From: Malacoraja senta
Lineage: Eukaryota
Length of the DNA stretch: 64,000 bases
Reading direction: 5' to 3'
Assembly: GCA_038087875.1 (NCBI GenBank)
Contig: CM075989.1
Span: 24,554,001-24,618,000, forward strand
Position 1 is the stretch's first letter. The number at the start of each line of letters is the position of its first letter. Under the pieces are notes generated by a model that saw only the letters and a list, made by a program, of their open reading frames with translations, had not been told where the DNA came from and made no database searches. Made by a program: the position numbers and the translations under genes. Positions 61,417-64,000 of this stretch are shown here, one piece after another.

Positions 61417-62161
61417 TATTTATCTCGCATGTCATCAGTTGTAGGAAATGGGTCGTTGATTTTTGGGTAAATACTGTGAACTTTCCCCAGATTGTAAACT
61501 GGTCTCTCGGGTTTAGGCTTTGATGGTTGGTGTTTCCTCTGCCTGGTCTGGACACAACGGGTGTCCTCTGGCAGTCTCCAACACACTTACTGTCCACAGC
61601 CCAGCACCACGAGGCAGACTGGTGTAATTGCTAAAGAATGTTATAATAAACAGACTGCACTTTTTCTTAAACGGTGAGAGGATCGAAATAACTTTGTAGG
61701 AATGGAATAACATAAACCGCCCACGAGCCTGTCCCACCTGTCAGTTGCATTGTAACTCCATCAGGTTTAGTGCCTTCACCTCATTGAAGCCCTTATTAAA
61801 TCAAGATTTATCATTCGCACTCTTTTGGGGAATCATTTGGGGGAAAATTCCACGTTTCTGCTTAGTTTTGAGCTAATATATATTTTACAATTCCACTCCA
61901 AAGTGAATTGGTGCTGATGTTAAGATTGTTCTGCTTTCACTCGCTCACTAGTGGAAATAATTTATTTACATCCCCCATCTGTATCTTGTCATTATTTTTT
62001 GCACATCAGTTAAATCCTCCTCTATAATTTCAACTCGGGGGAATAGAAGTTTATACAATGTGTTAAAGAAGGAACTGCAGATGCTGGAAAATCGAAGGTA
62101 CACAAAAATGCTGGAGAAACTCAGCGGGTGCAGCAGCATCTATGGAGCGAAGGAAATAGGT

Positions 62162-62189
62162 AACGTTTCGGGCCGAAACCCTTCTTCAG
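62162..62189 (-). ncRNA. Minimal hammerhead core in a solo pLTR (about 62080-62230)
   Basis: Reverse complement reads CTGAAGAAGGGTTTCGGCCCGAAACGTT. Confidence 0.72.
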
Positions 62190-62258
62190 ACTGATAGGGG
62201 GTGGGGAGAAGAAAGGAAAAAAGGAAAAGGGCCTTCTTAAGATAATCCTCTAGATTAT

Positions 62259-62558
62259 GGGCAGTGCAGCGGTAGAGTCGCTACTTCCCAGCACCAGGGA
62301 TCCAGGTTCCATCCTGACTACGGATGCTGTCTGTACAGAGTTTGCACATTTTCCCTGTGACCGCATGGGTTTTCTCCAGGTGCTCTGGTTTCCTCCCACA
62401 CTCCAAAGACGTGCAGGTGTGCAGATTAATTGGCTTCGGTAAAAATTGTAAATTGTCCCTGGTGTGTAGGAGAGTGCTAGTGTACGGGGTGATCGCTGGT
62501 CGGTGCAGACTCACTGGGCCGAAGGGCCTGATTCAACGCTGTATCTCTAAAGTCTAAA
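62259..62558 (+). mobile_element. HE1-like V-SINE
   Basis: Consensus match. Confidence 0.85.
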
Positions 62559-63294
62559 GATTAAAGGTGTGAAATACACGCAAAGCATCGAACACAAACC
62601 CTTTATTATTTCTTAAAATGTCCGTCAAATCTAAAACTATTTTGTTAACCCGGTATTTTTGCAACGGTCTCTTCACCATTTTCTCTTGGACAACTCCTGC
62701 TTGACCTGAGTGAGGTATAACAGCCCGTTATGGAGTATCTGGAGTATCGAACCAAACATTATGTTGGAGATATTCAGCAGGTCAGGCAGCATCTGTGGAG
62801 AATAAAACAGAGTTAATGCTTCAGCTTATTAACTGCTCTGATCAAGGGACGTTCTGATGAAGGGCTAACAACTTGTTTCTCTCGTTCCAGATGCTGCCTA
62901 ACCTCCTGATTTAACCTCTGTTTTAATTTTTGGTTCAATACTCCAGATGTTATCTCCAATGTTTCAGATTTTATTTTAGTTTACCAATATCTTCAGGTTT
63001 TTATTTACTTGCAGCTGTTCCCTAAACAGCCTTGGGAAGGTCGATGAGAGTCAGCATTGCCTTGTGGATTCTCCTTCCTACAATATTGGGATCAGTAGTG
63101 TACAACTTTGGGGAACTCAAATATAAAGCCCTTCATATCCTCGCACTTTATAACAAAATGCACCAAAGCATTATAAAACCATAAGACACAGGGGCAGAAT
63201 TAGTCCGTCTACACCGACATTCATTCATAGCTAATCTAGTTTTCCCATCTCAACCCCATTCTCCTGCCTTCTCCCCGTAATTTTAATTGTAACT

Positions 63295-63682
63295 ATTTCA
63301 TGACCCACAACAGATATCCAGGATAATATCTATCTACTATTGGGCAGCTTACAACCCAGTGGTATGAACATTGATTTCTCTAATTTCAAGTAACCCCTCC
63401 ATCCCCTTCCCCTCCCTACCCATCCTACTAGTTCCACCGTACATATCCCTGTATCCTTCGTTATCTCCTCTTCCACAGCCAACAATGAACCATTGTGGGC
63501 TCCCACCCTTCCTCACTCATCTGTTACCAGACCTGATTTGTTTTGGCCTTCTCCCACCTCTAGTTTCCCCCACCCCCTCTACTTTCAGTCTAAAGAGGGG
63601 TTCCAACCCGAAACGTCACCTATCCATGTTGTCCAGAGATGCTGCCTGACCCGCTGAGTTACTCCAGCACTTTGTATCTATC
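63295..63682 (+). mobile_element. Penelope-like element 3' remnant
   Basis: LGSLQPSGMNIDFSNFK* endonuclease tail followed by UTR and pLTR with a decayed hammerhead core. Confidence 0.7.
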
Positions 63683-64000
63683 TACTGCACGCCAATTGTC
63701 AATAAGGATATAGAGAGTTGATGATGTACAGGTTCATTGTGAGCCTGACATTTGACCCTAGCTGTGTTTTAAATGAGCTATCAGTCAAGTTTATTGCATG
63801 GTAAACAATGGTTTGAAATTTCTTGGGACACGTTACCAGAACACTGCATTAGACTAACATGTTACACTCAAGAAGGATGTAAGTAAGAGGCTGCTTCATA
63901 TTACGTCATCACCCAAGACCGTTTCTCAGCAGGAAGCTCTAATGAGGAAAGCTTTTGCCAAATGTTTTCTTCTCAAACCCTGTGAGAGGAAGCAGCAGCA

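Overview
Vertebrate genomic DNA, almost certainly a cartilaginous fish (skate, ray or shark). This is inferred from abundant HE1/V-SINE-type SINEs and CR1/HER1-type LINE tails; there are no prokaryotic features. The only host gene recognised is the 3' end of EFL1 (elongation factor-like GTPase 1, EFTUD1) on the + strand: three coding exons (1133-2160, 6056-6240, 32647-32835) with canonical GT-AG introns of 3.9 kb and 26.4 kb. The rest is repeat-rich intron and downstream intergenic DNA. It holds a very young, nearly intact Gypsy (Mag-like) LTR retrotransposon (37775-42515), two Tc1 families plus a microhomology-collapsed derivative, a Harbinger-type MITE, Rex1/Babar and CR1 LINE fragments, about 20 V-SINE copies, and microsatellites. 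The most interesting signal is a Penelope-like element (PLE) ecosystem with four parts: (1) two GIY-YIG-coding insertions with 15-bp TSDs; (2) about 25 dispersed copies of the terminal pLTR carrying a minimal hammerhead-ribozyme core (CTGANGA-A-stem II-GAAAC-GTH); (3) several 100-175 bp pLTR-only insertions with their own 12-16 bp TSDs; (4) six separate 66-bp tandem arrays whose unit keeps only the GAAACGTC cleavage-site half of the ribozyme. Family names come from motif recognition, not database searches, and boundaries of degraded repeats are approximate.
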